A DNA stretch of 64,000 nt from NCBI GenBank assembly GCA_030648835.1, contig JAUSGT010000003.1, positions 65,307 to 129,306 on the forward strand, in the 5' to 3' direction. This DNA is from Candidatus Moraniibacteriota bacterium (GTDB taxonomy: Bacteria; Patescibacteriota; Minisyncoccia; Moranbacterales; UBA1568). Position numbers and translations under genes: made by a program. The notes below the pieces were generated by a model. It made no database searches and was not told where the DNA came from. It worked only from the letters and a program-made list of their open reading frames with translations. Position 1 is the first letter of the stretch, and every line of letters starts with the position of its first letter. Below are positions 46,769 through 55,891 of this stretch, in pieces.

Positions 46769-49654
46769 ATGTTTAAAAAAGTGGACGCCAATGTAAATTT
46801 TCCGAAGATGGAAGAAGCCATCCTTCAGTTTTGGGATGCCGAAAAAATATTTGAAAAATCGATACGTCAGCGAGAAGGCAAGGCAGGCTATAGCTTCTAT
46901 GATGGACCGCCGTTTGCGACGGGGACACCGCATTACGGGCATATCGTGGCGAGCGCCATCAAAGACACCGTACCGCGCTACTTCACGATGAAAGGTTTTC
47001 AAGTCGAACGCAAATGGGGTTGGGATTGTCATGGCCTGCCGATCGAAAATATCGCGGAAAAGGAATTGGGCATCACGCACAAGAAAGAAATTGTGGCGTT
47101 GGGCGTAGAGAAGTTCAACGAGATCTGCCGCTCCAAAGTCCTGGAATACGTAGCGGAATGGAAAAAAGTGATCCGCCGTTTCGGCCGCTTTGCCGATATG
47201 GAGAACGCTTACAAGACGATGGACCTCGACTATATGGAATCCATCTGGTGGGTGTTCAAAGAATTGTGGGACAAAGGACTCATCTATGAAAGTTACCGGA
47301 CGATGCATATCTGCCCGCGCTGTGAGACGACCTTGTCGCAATCGGAAGTAGCGGAAGGCTATAAAGATGTGAAAGACTTGGCCGTTACGGCAAAGTTCGA
47401 GCTGGTTGACGAGCCGGGAACTTTTGTTTTGGCTTGGACAACAACACCGTGGACGCTTCCGGGGAATGTAGCACTGGCTGTAGGCAAGAGTATCAGGTAT
47501 CAAGTAGTACGTATTAAGGGAGAAAAAGAAAAGTACATTGTGGCAGAAGATAGGGCAGAGGGCCTGTTTAAAGACAGGGAATATGAAATTATTGAAGAAT
47601 TCAAAGGAGAAGAACTCGTGGGTAAATCCTACAAGCCGTTGTTTGATTATTATACTCAAGATAAAAAACTGGAAAACCGTGAAAATGGCTGGAAGATTTA
47701 TCACGCGGATTTCGTAACGACGGAAGTGGGGACAGGGATCGCCCATGAAGCGCCGGCCTTCGGTGAAGAAGATATGGAGTTGGGGAAAAAAGAAAAATTA
47801 CCTTTCGTTCAGCACGTGAAGATGGATGGGACGATGAAAGATGAAGTAACAGACTTTGCGGGAATGTCGGTGAAGCCCAAAGAAAATCCGCAGGCTATGG
47901 ATGTGGAAATTATAAAATATCTAGCTCATACAGGGCTGCTTTTTGTCAAAGAGAAATATGAGCACAGCTATCCGCATTGCTGGCGTTGCGATACGCCGCT
48001 TCTCAACTACGCGACCTCTTCATGGTTCGTCAGTGTGACGAAAGTGAAGGGGCGGGCTTTGGAATTAGCGGAAAGTATCCATTGGTCACCGGAACATATT
48101 AAAGTTGGGCGTTTCGGCAAGTGGTTGGAAGGGGCGCGTGACTGGTCTATCAGTCGGCAGCGTTATTGGGCCTCTGTTATGCCACTTTGGAAATGTGATT
48201 GCGGAGAGATGAAAGTGTTTGGTTCGGTAGCAGAACTTGAAAAGGCGAGCGGGAAAAAAGTTGCGGATCTTCACAAGCATATCGTTGATGAAATCACATT
48301 CCCCTGTGAAAAGTGTGGGGAAATGATGAAGCGTATCCCAGACGTTTTGGACACGTGGTTCGATAGCGGTTCGATGCCATACGCGCAGGCCCACTATCCG
48401 TTTGCGGACAAGGAAAAATTCGAGAAGAGTTTTCCGGCGCAGTTCATTGCTGAGGGCATCGATCAAACGCGGGCCTGGTTTTACTATCTTCATATCATTG
48501 CCACGAGCATCAAAGACAAGGGTGCCTTTCAGAATGTCGTTGTCAACGGTATCGTGCTTGCTGAAGATGGCAAGAAAATGTCGAAAAAATTGCAGAACTA
48601 TCCGGATCCGATGACCATACTGGATAAATACGGCGCGGATGTGTTGCGTTTTTATCTTCTTTCTTCACCGGTGGTGGCTGCGGAGAATCTCAATTTTTCC
48701 GAGCGTGATCTGAACGACGTCAGTCGCAATGTTTTCCGCATGTTGTGGAATTCGTACTCGTTTTTTACCACATATGCTTCCATAGATAATTGGGAACCCA
48801 AGAAAGGCGCGAAACCTTCGGAAAGTATTTTGGATAAATGGATTCTTTCGGAATTACAGCTTCTGATTCAGGAAGTGGAAAGCGCCATGGAAAAATACGA
48901 ACTTTCCAAAGCGACGCGCCTGTTCACACCGTTTATCGACAACCTTTCCAATTGGTACATCCGCCGCAGCCGCAAGCGCTTCTGGAAAAGTGAAGACGAC
49001 AACGACAAAGAAAATGCTTATCAGACTCTGTATGATGTCTTGGTGACGCTTGTAAAAGTGATGGCGCCCTTCACGCCTTTTCTCTCTGAGGAAATATTTA
49101 AAAATTTGGCTGAGGAAGAATCCGTACATTTAGCAGATTGGCCAATCGTAAAGAAAGAACTGATTGATGAGAAGTTGAATGAAGAAATGAGAACTGCGCG
49201 TGACCTCGTGACAGAAGGATTGAAACTTCGTTCCGATGCAAAAATCAAGGTGAGACAGCCACTAGGTGTATCAGGTATCAGGTATCAGGTATCAGGCGAG
49301 ATGCAGGAAATTCTCAAAGAAGAATTGAATGTGAAAAATATTGTCGTTGATGAAAAACAAATTGGAAATATCACTCTCAATACTGAAATTACTGAAGAAC
49401 TCAAACTCGAAGGGGCAGCGCGGGAAATCATTCGAGCTATCCAGGAAGGGCGCAAGAAAGCCAAATTTAATGTTGAAGACAGAGTTATTCTTGGCTATCA
49501 GGGCAAAGAAAATGTTTTTGCGAAATTTGAAAATGAGATTGCCAAAGAAGTGCTCGCGACATCTGTACAAAGAGGCAACCTTGCCGATGCCGAATACAAT
49601 GAAACTGTTGAACTGGATGGCGAACAGTTCAGTTTTTCGTTGAAAAGAGTGTAA
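46769..49654 (+). CDS. ileS: Isoleucine--tRNA ligase (IleRS2, eukaryote/archaea-like)
   Basis: DGPPFATG.PHYGH, GWDCHGLP, WTTTPWTL, DWSISRQRYW, KMSKK. Confidence 0.97.
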   Translation: MFKKVDANVNFPKMEEAILQFWDAEKIFEKSIRQREGKAGYSFYDGPPFATGTPHYGHIVASAIKDTVPRYFTMKGFQVERKWGWDCHGLPIENIAEKELGITHKKEIVALGVEKFNEICRSKVLEYVAEWKKVIRRFGRFADMENAYKTMDLDYMESIWWVFKELWDKGLIYESYRTMHICPRCETTLSQSEVAEGYKDVKDLAVTAKFELVDEPGTFVLAWTTTPWTLPGNVALAVGKSIRYQVVRIKGEKEKYIVAEDRAEGLFKDREYEIIEEFKGEELVGKSYKPLFDYYTQDKKLENRENGWKIYHADFVTTEVGTGIAHEAPAFGEEDMELGKKEKLPFVQHVKMDGTMKDEVTDFAGMSVKPKENPQAMDVEIIKYLAHTGLLFVKEKYEHSYPHCWRCDTPLLNYATSSWFVSVTKVKGRALELAESIHWSPEHIKVGRFGKWLEGARDWSISRQRYWASVMPLWKCDCGEMKVFGSVAELEKASGKKVADLHKHIVDEITFPCEKCGEMMKRIPDVLDTWFDSGSMPYAQAHYPFADKEKFEKSFPAQFIAEGIDQTRAWFYYLHIIATSIKDKGAFQNVVVNGIVLAEDGKKMSKKLQNYPDPMTILDKYGADVLRFYLLSSPVVAAENLNFSERDLNDVSRNVFRMLWNSYSFFTTYASIDNWEPKKGAKPSESILDKWILSELQLLIQEVESAMEKYELSKATRLFTPFIDNLSNWYIRRSRKRFWKSEDDNDKENAYQTLYDVLVTLVKVMAPFTPFLSEEIFKNLAEEESVHLADWPIVKKELIDEKLNEEMRTARDLVTEGLKLRSDAKIKVRQPLGVSGIRYQVSGEMQEILKEELNVKNIVVDEKQIGNITLNTEITEELKLEGAAREIIRAIQEGRKKAKFNVEDRVILGYQGKENVFAKFENEIAKEVLATSVQRGNLADAEYNETVELDGEQFSFSLKRV
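47490..47517 (+). repeat. Intragenic 7-bp array in ileS (SIRYQVVRIK)
   Basis: GTATCAG GTATCAA GTAGTAC GTATTAA. Confidence 0.65.
49268..49295 (+). repeat. Intragenic perfect GTATCAG x4 array in ileS (VSGIRYQVSG)
   Basis: Four perfect tandem copies. Confidence 0.9.
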
Positions 49655-49667
49655 GTTGAAACACTTG

Positions 49668-49796
49668 TGGCAAGAATCTTCCAGAGAGGCTTGAAATTTT
49701 TTCGATCCATCGTTACGATGGCACCGTGCTCGAAAAAATTTCAGAAGTGAGTGAACCGCTGGGTGAATGAGTGTCTCTCGGGAAGATTGCTTGCCA
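49668..49796. other. Highly structured intergenic element (ncRNA or MITE-like candidate)
   Basis: Outer stem TGGCAAG-AATCTTCC-GAGAGGC / GTCTCTC-GGAAGATT-CTTGCCA; perfect 14-bp inner stem; apical CCATCG-TTA-CGATGG. Confidence 0.65.
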
Positions 49797-49831
49797 TCAA
49801 ATGTTTTTGAATTACATTTTTACTTTACAAC

Positions 49832-50551
49832 ATGGAACTGCGTTACAACGCCATCGTGCTGAAGAAAAAAGAGGTGGGAGAAACCGACCGTTTGTATATG
49901 CTATATACATTGGAGCAGGGCAAGATCCAGCTGGTGGCCAAGGGAGTGCGCAAGTCGGAAGCCAAGCTGGCAGGTCAGTTGGAAACGCTTATGCAGGGGC
50001 TCGTTATCGTGGTGAAGGGGAGAGGCACGGGGAAAATAGCCGGAGCGGTGGCGGAAAAGAATTTTCCCCATCTGCGTACCGACGTGGATGTCTTGAAGCG
50101 GGTGCTCGAAACAGTCAATATTTTCAACCGGTTGGTGGATTTCGACGAGCCGGATAAAGAACTCTTTCAGTTGCTTTCGATGTATCTGACACTGGCCAAT
50201 GATTTGGCGAAAGAGAAAAAAGAGAAAGTGCTTCTCCTCACGGAAGGATTCCTTTTCCAGCTCTTCGCGCACCTCGGATATAGGATCGAAACCGGTGTTT
50301 GCGCCGTATCGGGGGAAAAATTGCATTCCGGTGAGCAGCATTTTTTTAGCCCGAGTGCGGGAGGGATGCTTATGGGGGAACATTCGTACGATACCAAAAA
50401 CGCTTTTCCTGTGAGCGAAAACACGATCAAGTTGCTCCGCCTCTTTCTCGGTAATCGTTTGGAATCTTTGTCTCGTGTCCAGGTGGACTCCAGAGAATTG
50501 CGTGAAGTGGAGCAGGTCGCCACGCGGTTTTATCAGTGGATAGAGAGGTAA
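49832..50551 (+). CDS. recO: DNA repair protein RecO
   Basis: AIVLKK...GETDR...T...GKI...AKGVRK..KL; C..SG; F....GG. Confidence 0.92.
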   Translation: MELRYNAIVLKKKEVGETDRLYMLYTLEQGKIQLVAKGVRKSEAKLAGQLETLMQGLVIVVKGRGTGKIAGAVAEKNFPHLRTDVDVLKRVLETVNIFNRLVDFDEPDKELFQLLSMYLTLANDLAKEKKEKVLLLTEGFLFQLFAHLGYRIETGVCAVSGEKLHSGEQHFFSPSAGGMLMGEHSYDTKNAFPVSENTIKLLRLFLGNRLESLSRVQVDSRELREVEQVATRFYQWIER

Positions 50552-50555
50552 AGAA

Positions 50556-50708
50556 TATCTAATTCCTAATATCTAATACCAAATCAATAACCAAATACAA
50601 AAAATATCAAAATAGATAATAAAGAATCGGTATCGCGATCGCTTTGCGCGGTTTGGTATTGAGGCATTAAGCATTCATTAGATATTAGAAATTAGGTATT
50701 AGATATTG
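50556..50708. repeat. Inverted pair of 7-bp arrays
   Basis: TATCTAA TTCCTAA TATCTAA TACCAAA ... TTTGGTA ... TTAGATA TTAGAAA TTAGGTA TTAGATA. Confidence 0.8.
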
Positions 50709-50787
50709 GACGGCTAGCGTTGTGAATAAAGCTCACATTTGATAAGATAGACATATTGGAAAATCAACACACAGCATCTCTAAACTT

Positions 50788-52728
50788 ATGGCTCTTGAAG
50801 AATTGAACGAAAAATTGCACGGGCGCGATATTCATCTTGATCGAGCTCGGCCCCATACGGCTTTTGACCCCGGACAGATAGTGGTTGATCCACATGTTTC
50901 GGCCCAGTTCAAAAAAACGGAAGAGTGGCAGGCACCGGTGGCGGAAGAATCACTATCGACAGCAGAGCTGGCGGTAGTGGCCACTCGGGAACATCGGTGG
51001 CGGAAGTGGGTGGCTATCGGATTCGGGGGTATTGCTCTTCTCGCGTTTGCTTTGGGAATCGTTTACAAGATACACGCGATGCTTTTTGACGAAACGCGTG
51101 TTGTAATATCCATCACCGGGCCGAAAGATGTCGCCAGCGTCGAAGAAACTACTTTTACTGTCGCATATTCCAATAAAAATTGGGCCGGACTTGCCAATGC
51201 CACACTGGTTTTTTCCTATCCGGATTCATTTCATTTACAGGCCGGGAATTCAGCGCAGATAAAGGGTTCCTTGGCGGAAATTCCTCTTGGGGAAATCAAG
51301 GCGAATACGGAGGGAAAGATCCTTGTCACGGGAAAATTTTATGGATCCAAAGGTGACCTGGTACCCCTCAAGGCAACCCTGCGTTATTCGCCGAAGAATG
51401 TCGCTACTGTTTTTGAAAAGACCGCGCAATTTGTCGTCAATGTAGGGTCTTCTCCACTCTCGTTTGAGATTACGGCGCCACTTGAGCTGGCTACGGGTCA
51501 GGATGTGGTATACGTCGTTGATTACGCCAATAAAAGTGATGTATCATTTCCCAATCTGCGGGTGAAAATGGAATACCCCGATGGGTTCCAATTTGTCAGT
51601 TCGGAGCCGAAACCTTCCGAGGGGCAGTCTGTCTGGTATGTAGGTAACTTTGACGCGCAGGCCAACGGAAAAATTACTATCCGTGGCGTGCTTTCCGGCG
51701 CGCGCGAAGAGCACAAGAGCGTGCAAGGGATGATCGGGTTTTTTCAGGGTGAAGGAAAGTTTGTCGCGTACGCGGAAAATGAGCGGCAGACACGGATTAT
51801 CGCGTCTCCGCTTTCCATTTCCCAAACAGTCAACGGGTTGACGGATATCGCTGTCAATCAAGGAAACACTTTGCGGTATGTGATTCGCTTCAGAAACGAC
51901 GGCGATGTTGGCGTACGCGATGCCATTGTCACCGTAGATATCGATCCAACCATGCTCGATATGAGTCGGTTAACACCGGGAAACGGCGCTTATGACGCGG
52001 CGCGCAAAGTTATTATTTGGAAAGCCTCGGGTGTTTCAAGTCTCGGGAAACTTGAACCGGGGGCGGAAGGCGAAGTATCCTTCTCTGTTCCTGTGGCGGA
52101 AAAAATTGTTGTAACCGGTGAAAAAAATATTTCCGTCAAAACCGTTGCCAGGATTGATAGTCTTGATATACCGACGCCGATAGGATCGAATAAGATTATT
52201 AGCAGCAATACGCTCTATGTGAAACTGAAATCCGCTGTGGGTATAAGCACGGCAGTTTTGTATACCGATACCCTTTTCCCCAATAGTGGTCCGGTCCCGC
52301 CGAAAGTCGGAGAGTTAACGAGTTACACAATACACTTGAGTGTAACCAATTCTCTGAATGACCTCAGACAAACACGCATTTCGGCTATTCTCCCAACCGG
52401 CGTTCATTACAGTGGAAAGTATGCCAAGACAGAAGAAACGGTCACTTTCAATGAACGTAGTAATGAGCTTGTCTGGGAATTGGGGACATTTGCTGCGACA
52501 GAGGGGAAGCCGCGTGAAATTGTTTTTCAGGTGTCTGTTACCCCGAGTCCGGACCAGGTCGGAGAAAGACTGGTTCTGGTGAGTAATATGGTTTTTACTG
52601 CTCAAGACACATTTACCAATCAGGAGATTCGTATCGAAAAGGATAAACAGGATAATTTTCTCAGTGGCGACACCGTATACAACTCTTCTTTTAATGGGAA
52701 TGTGAGTGTAGTGCAAAGAGCCGATTAA
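50788..52728 (+). CDS. Membrane-anchored multi-Ig-like (DUF11-like) surface protein
   Basis: Single N-terminal TM, repeated beta-sandwich patterns (Y.I.Y.N, W..G.L..G..G.I.F). Confidence 0.7.
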   Translation: MALEELNEKLHGRDIHLDRARPHTAFDPGQIVVDPHVSAQFKKTEEWQAPVAEESLSTAELAVVATREHRWRKWVAIGFGGIALLAFALGIVYKIHAMLFDETRVVISITGPKDVASVEETTFTVAYSNKNWAGLANATLVFSYPDSFHLQAGNSAQIKGSLAEIPLGEIKANTEGKILVTGKFYGSKGDLVPLKATLRYSPKNVATVFEKTAQFVVNVGSSPLSFEITAPLELATGQDVVYVVDYANKSDVSFPNLRVKMEYPDGFQFVSSEPKPSEGQSVWYVGNFDAQANGKITIRGVLSGAREEHKSVQGMIGFFQGEGKFVAYAENERQTRIIASPLSISQTVNGLTDIAVNQGNTLRYVIRFRNDGDVGVRDAIVTVDIDPTMLDMSRLTPGNGAYDAARKVIIWKASGVSSLGKLEPGAEGEVSFSVPVAEKIVVTGEKNISVKTVARIDSLDIPTPIGSNKIISSNTLYVKLKSAVGISTAVLYTDTLFPNSGPVPPKVGELTSYTIHLSVTNSLNDLRQTRISAILPTGVHYSGKYAKTEETVTFNERSNELVWELGTFAATEGKPREIVFQVSVTPSPDQVGERLVLVSNMVFTAQDTFTNQEIRIEKDKQDNFLSGDTVYNSSFNGNVSVVQRAD

Positions 52729-52732
52729 ACAG

Positions 52733-53911
52733 ATGTGCGATGGGAAAAATATGTTGGTATGGCAACAACAAAAAAATAGCGGTGGGCGACGCGTCGGAAT
52801 GCTCACTACGAAATCCGGAGTGTTGCAAACTCCGTTTTTTATGCCAGACGCGACGCGCGCGACGGTGCGGGGAGTGACTTCGGATGAATTGAAAATGAGC
52901 GGCACCATGGCGCTCGTTGTGAATACGTACCATCTGATGCTTCAGCCGGGGGAAAGCCTTGTGAGGCGCGCCGGCGGTGTACATACGTTTATGCATTGGG
53001 ACAGGCCGATTCTCTCCGACTCGGGAGGTTATCAGGTATACTCGCTTATTCACAAGAATCCACAGATGGGGCGGATCACGGAGGAAGGCGCGGAATTCCG
53101 TTCGGTTCTTGATGGAACCAAACATTTGCTCACGCCGGAGCGGGCCATCCAAATCCAGTTCGATCTCGATGTCGATATGATGGTGGTTCTCGACGATCCG
53201 CGGCCCAATAGCGCTCCGGAAACAGAAGTAAGAGAGGCGGTAAAGCGGACTTTGCGTTGGGCACAGCGCTCCAAAACAGAGTATGAAAAACAAGTTGCCC
53301 TTCGCGGGTTAACGGGGGAAATACGTCCGCTGCTCTTTGGAGTGGTGCAGGGTGGCATGTTTCGGGAAGAACGCAAACGCTGTGTGGAAGGATTGGTCGA
53401 AATCAATTTCGATGGCTATGGTTTTGGAGGGCGGCACATCGATATGGAGGGAAATTTTTTGGAAGATATCCTCTTGTATACCGCTTCGCTCATTCCGGAG
53501 GACAGCCTGCGTTTTGCGCTCGGTGTCGGAACGCCGGAGGATATCGCTCGGTGTCATGCGCTCGGTTGGGATATGTTCGACTGCGTGATACCGACGCGCG
53601 AAGGGAGACATGGCCGTTTGTTCGTTTGGAAAAGTGAAGTCATTCCGAGCGTGAGCGAGGAATCTCGAGATTCTTCAGCTGCGCCTCAGAATGACAGAAA
53701 TTTTTACACGACAATAAATATCTCAAATGCGCAGTATGAAGAAGATTTTTCTCCGGTCGATCCGACATGCGATTGCGAACTGTGTACGAAATACACGCGC
53801 GCCTATCTGAAACATCTTTTCAAGGTTGGTGAACCATTGGCTGCGCGGCTTGCCTCGCTGCATAATCTTCGCTTCTACGCGAAGCTGATGGATCTCCTAC
53901 AAAAAGGATAA
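52733..53911 (+). CDS. tgt: Queuine tRNA-ribosyltransferase (start may be 52751)
   Basis: TP.FMP, NTYHL, SDSGGYQV, GVVQGG, DMFDCVIPTR, C.C..C and HN Zn site. Confidence 0.95.
   Translation: MCDGKNMLVWQQQKNSGGRRVGMLTTKSGVLQTPFFMPDATRATVRGVTSDELKMSGTMALVVNTYHLMLQPGESLVRRAGGVHTFMHWDRPILSDSGGYQVYSLIHKNPQMGRITEEGAEFRSVLDGTKHLLTPERAIQIQFDLDVDMMVVLDDPRPNSAPETEVREAVKRTLRWAQRSKTEYEKQVALRGLTGEIRPLLFGVVQGGMFREERKRCVEGLVEINFDGYGFGGRHIDMEGNFLEDILLYTASLIPEDSLRFALGVGTPEDIARCHALGWDMFDCVIPTREGRHGRLFVWKSEVIPSVSEESRDSSAAPQNDRNFYTTINISNAQYEEDFSPVDPTCDCELCTKYTRAYLKHLFKVGEPLAARLASLHNLRFYAKLMDLLQKG
53639..53695 (+). repeat. GTCAT...ATGAC element in frame in tgt (VIPSVSEESRDSSAAPQND)
   Basis: GTCATTCCGAGCGTGAGCGAGGAATCTCGAGATTCTTCAGCTGCGCCTCAGAATGAC, 57 bp = 19 codons. 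Confidence 0.9.
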
Positions 53912-54215
53912 AAGCGCTCTCATTTTTGAGTAGCGCTTCAGAGCGTTGGGAATTGCCTCCTGTGGGTGGGGAACCGGTAGGGCGGATAAACCCTTCAAAC
54001 AGTTTTAGCAGTCGGATATTTTCCGGGTGCGGATAATAGTGTACGAACTCCCGTTGCAAGTCGATGCACTTTTGTAATAAACGCTTTCCCTCCGCATCGA
54101 GCATGACGTATCCGGCACCAATCTGGTCGTGGTGGGCGAATGCTTTCCACAAAGCGCCGATACGCCGGATGTATTTGGTAACACGTTTTCTGCGGATGCT
54201 CTTTTCCGTTTTCAT
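53820..54215 (-). CDS. Hypothetical protein; 3' end overlaps tgt
   Basis: GGAGG SD, ATGA overlap with upstream ORF; C-terminal part doubtful. Confidence 0.5.
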   Translation of the reverse strand: MKTEKSIRRKRVTKYIRRIGALWKAFAHHDQIGAGYVMLDAEGKRLLQKCIDLQREFVHYYPHPENIRLLKLFEGFIRPTGSPPTGGNSQRSEALLKNESAFILFVGDPSASRRSEDYAARQAAQPMVHQP

Positions 54216-54409
54216 TCGACCTCCGGAGGGGTAGGTTGTCTTTCTTGCGGGAAGAGTAAGGGCCACACTAGTACAGCCGTGAATACATACGCGGACAGGA
54301 TGATGGCAGGGAGGTCTTGCATCGCAATTTTTACAAAACCGAGAAGATGAGCAAGCAAGAGCCCCGAAAGACAGACAAGACCGAGACCGCCAATAATTGT
54401 TTTGATCAT
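54212..54409 (-). CDS. Small two-TM hypothetical protein (65 aa)
   Basis: GAGGA SD, promoter upstream, two hydrophobic helices. Confidence 0.6.
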   Translation of the reverse strand: MIKTIIGGLGLVCLSGLLLAHLLGFVKIAMQDLPAIILSAYVFTAVLVWPLLFPQERQPTPPEVE

Positions 54410-54485
54410 GAGTTCCTCTGTCGGTAGGTGTGGGTTGAAAAAACAGGGGTTTCCCTGTACTATGAACTTGTTAAAGAATGATGCA

Positions 54486-54514
54486 AATGTACAGAAAATA
54501 AGCCTTTTTGTCAA
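54486..54514 (-). promoter_or_regulatory. Sigma70 promoter of orphan pair
   Basis: TTGACA-17bp-TACATT. Confidence 0.6.
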
Positions 54515-54520
54515 AAAAGT

Positions 54521-55861
54521 ATGGCAGAAGAAAAAAACGATTTAATGGAGAAAATTGTGTCGCTGTGCAAGCGCCGGGGTTTTGTATTTTCGGGGAGTGA
54601 TATTTATGGCGGTCTGGCTAATTCTTGGGACTTTGGGCCGTATGGCGCCCAGCTCAAGAAAAATATCAAAGATCATTGGTGGAAATTCTTTGTAGAAAGT
54701 CGTGATGATATGGTAGGTCTGGATGCTGCTGTTATTATGAATCCCAAAGTGTGGGAAGCCAGCGGTCATACAGGAAATTTTTCCGATCCACTTACTGAGT
54801 GCGGTAGTTGTCATACACGTTTTCGGGCCGATCAGATTGATATGAGTCAGCCCTGTACGCATTGTGGCAAGGGAAAGTTGGTAGAGCCGAAAAATTTCAA
54901 CCTCATGCTGAAGACATTCCTCGGACCGACAGAAGAGACGGCTGATGTGGCTTATCTCCGACCTGAAACGGCACAGGCCATGTTTATAGATTTTGTGACG
55001 GTGCAACAAACCAGTCGCAAAAGGTTGCCTTTCGGGATAGCGCAGATGGGCAAGGCTTTTCGTAATGAAATCACACCCGGCAATTTTATTTTCCGGACGC
55101 GTGAATTTGATCTTATGGAATTTGAGTATTTTTTCAATCCCAAGAAAAGTAATTGGGAAGATCTTTTCGAAAATTGGAAACAAGCCATAGAAGAATGGAT
55201 GAAAGCGGTGGGTATTGATATGGAGCGGGTGAAAGCGGTGGAAATCCCCGATGGTGAGCGAGCACACTACTCCAAGCGCACGATTGATTTTGAGTTTTTG
55301 TATCCGTTTGGTCAGAAAGAACTTTTTGGTCTGGCGTATCGGACGGATTATGATCTCGCTCAGCACGAAAAAGCCAGTGGCCAGGAACTCCGTTATCTGG
55401 ATCCGGAAACCAACGAGAAAGTTCTCCCACATGTCATTGAACCGGCATTTGGCGCCGATCGAGCGATGCTGGCTATCCTCCTTTCTTCCTACGTGGAAGA
55501 AAAAGGCGACGAAGAGATTCGAGTAGTGCTGAAACTGCCGAAGAAACTCGCGCCGGTGAAGGTGGCGGTGTTTCCACTTATGAAAAACAAACCGGAACTG
55601 GTGGCCAAGGCCAAGGAAATATTTGACACTCTCAAAGGAGATTTCACTTGCGAATTTGATGATAATGGCAATGTGGGCAAGCGCTACCGTCGCCAGGACG
55701 AGATCGGTACGCCGTACTGTGTGACGGTGGACTTTGATACGATCGGAGCAGGGGAAGACAAATCGCTCGAAGGCACCGTCACTGTTCGTGACCGCGATAC
55801 GATGCAGCAGGAACGCGTCCCAATAGAGCGTCTCAAAGGGTTCTTTGCGGAAAAGTTTTAG
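54521..55861 (+). CDS. glyQS: Glycine--tRNA ligase (alpha2 type)
   Basis: CKRRGF...IYGG, YLRPETAQ, FRNEITP.NFIFRTREF, AHYS, PHVIEP, GKRYRRQDEIGTP. Confidence 0.97.
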   Translation: MAEEKNDLMEKIVSLCKRRGFVFSGSDIYGGLANSWDFGPYGAQLKKNIKDHWWKFFVESRDDMVGLDAAVIMNPKVWEASGHTGNFSDPLTECGSCHTRFRADQIDMSQPCTHCGKGKLVEPKNFNLMLKTFLGPTEETADVAYLRPETAQAMFIDFVTVQQTSRKRLPFGIAQMGKAFRNEITPGNFIFRTREFDLMEFEYFFNPKKSNWEDLFENWKQAIEEWMKAVGIDMERVKAVEIPDGERAHYSKRTIDFEFLYPFGQKELFGLAYRTDYDLAQHEKASGQELRYLDPETNEKVLPHVIEPAFGADRAMLAILLSSYVEEKGDEEIRVVLKLPKKLAPVKVAVFPLMKNKPELVAKAKEIFDTLKGDFTCEFDDNGNVGKRYRRQDEIGTPYCVTVDFDTIGAGEDKSLEGTVTVRDRDTMQQERVPIERLKGFFAEKF

Positions 55862-55891
55862 CTTGATTCGTAATTCTTGACTCTCTTTGAA

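Noticed and set aside
46721-47746. 341-aa minus-strand ORF
   Set aside because: Antisense to ileS.
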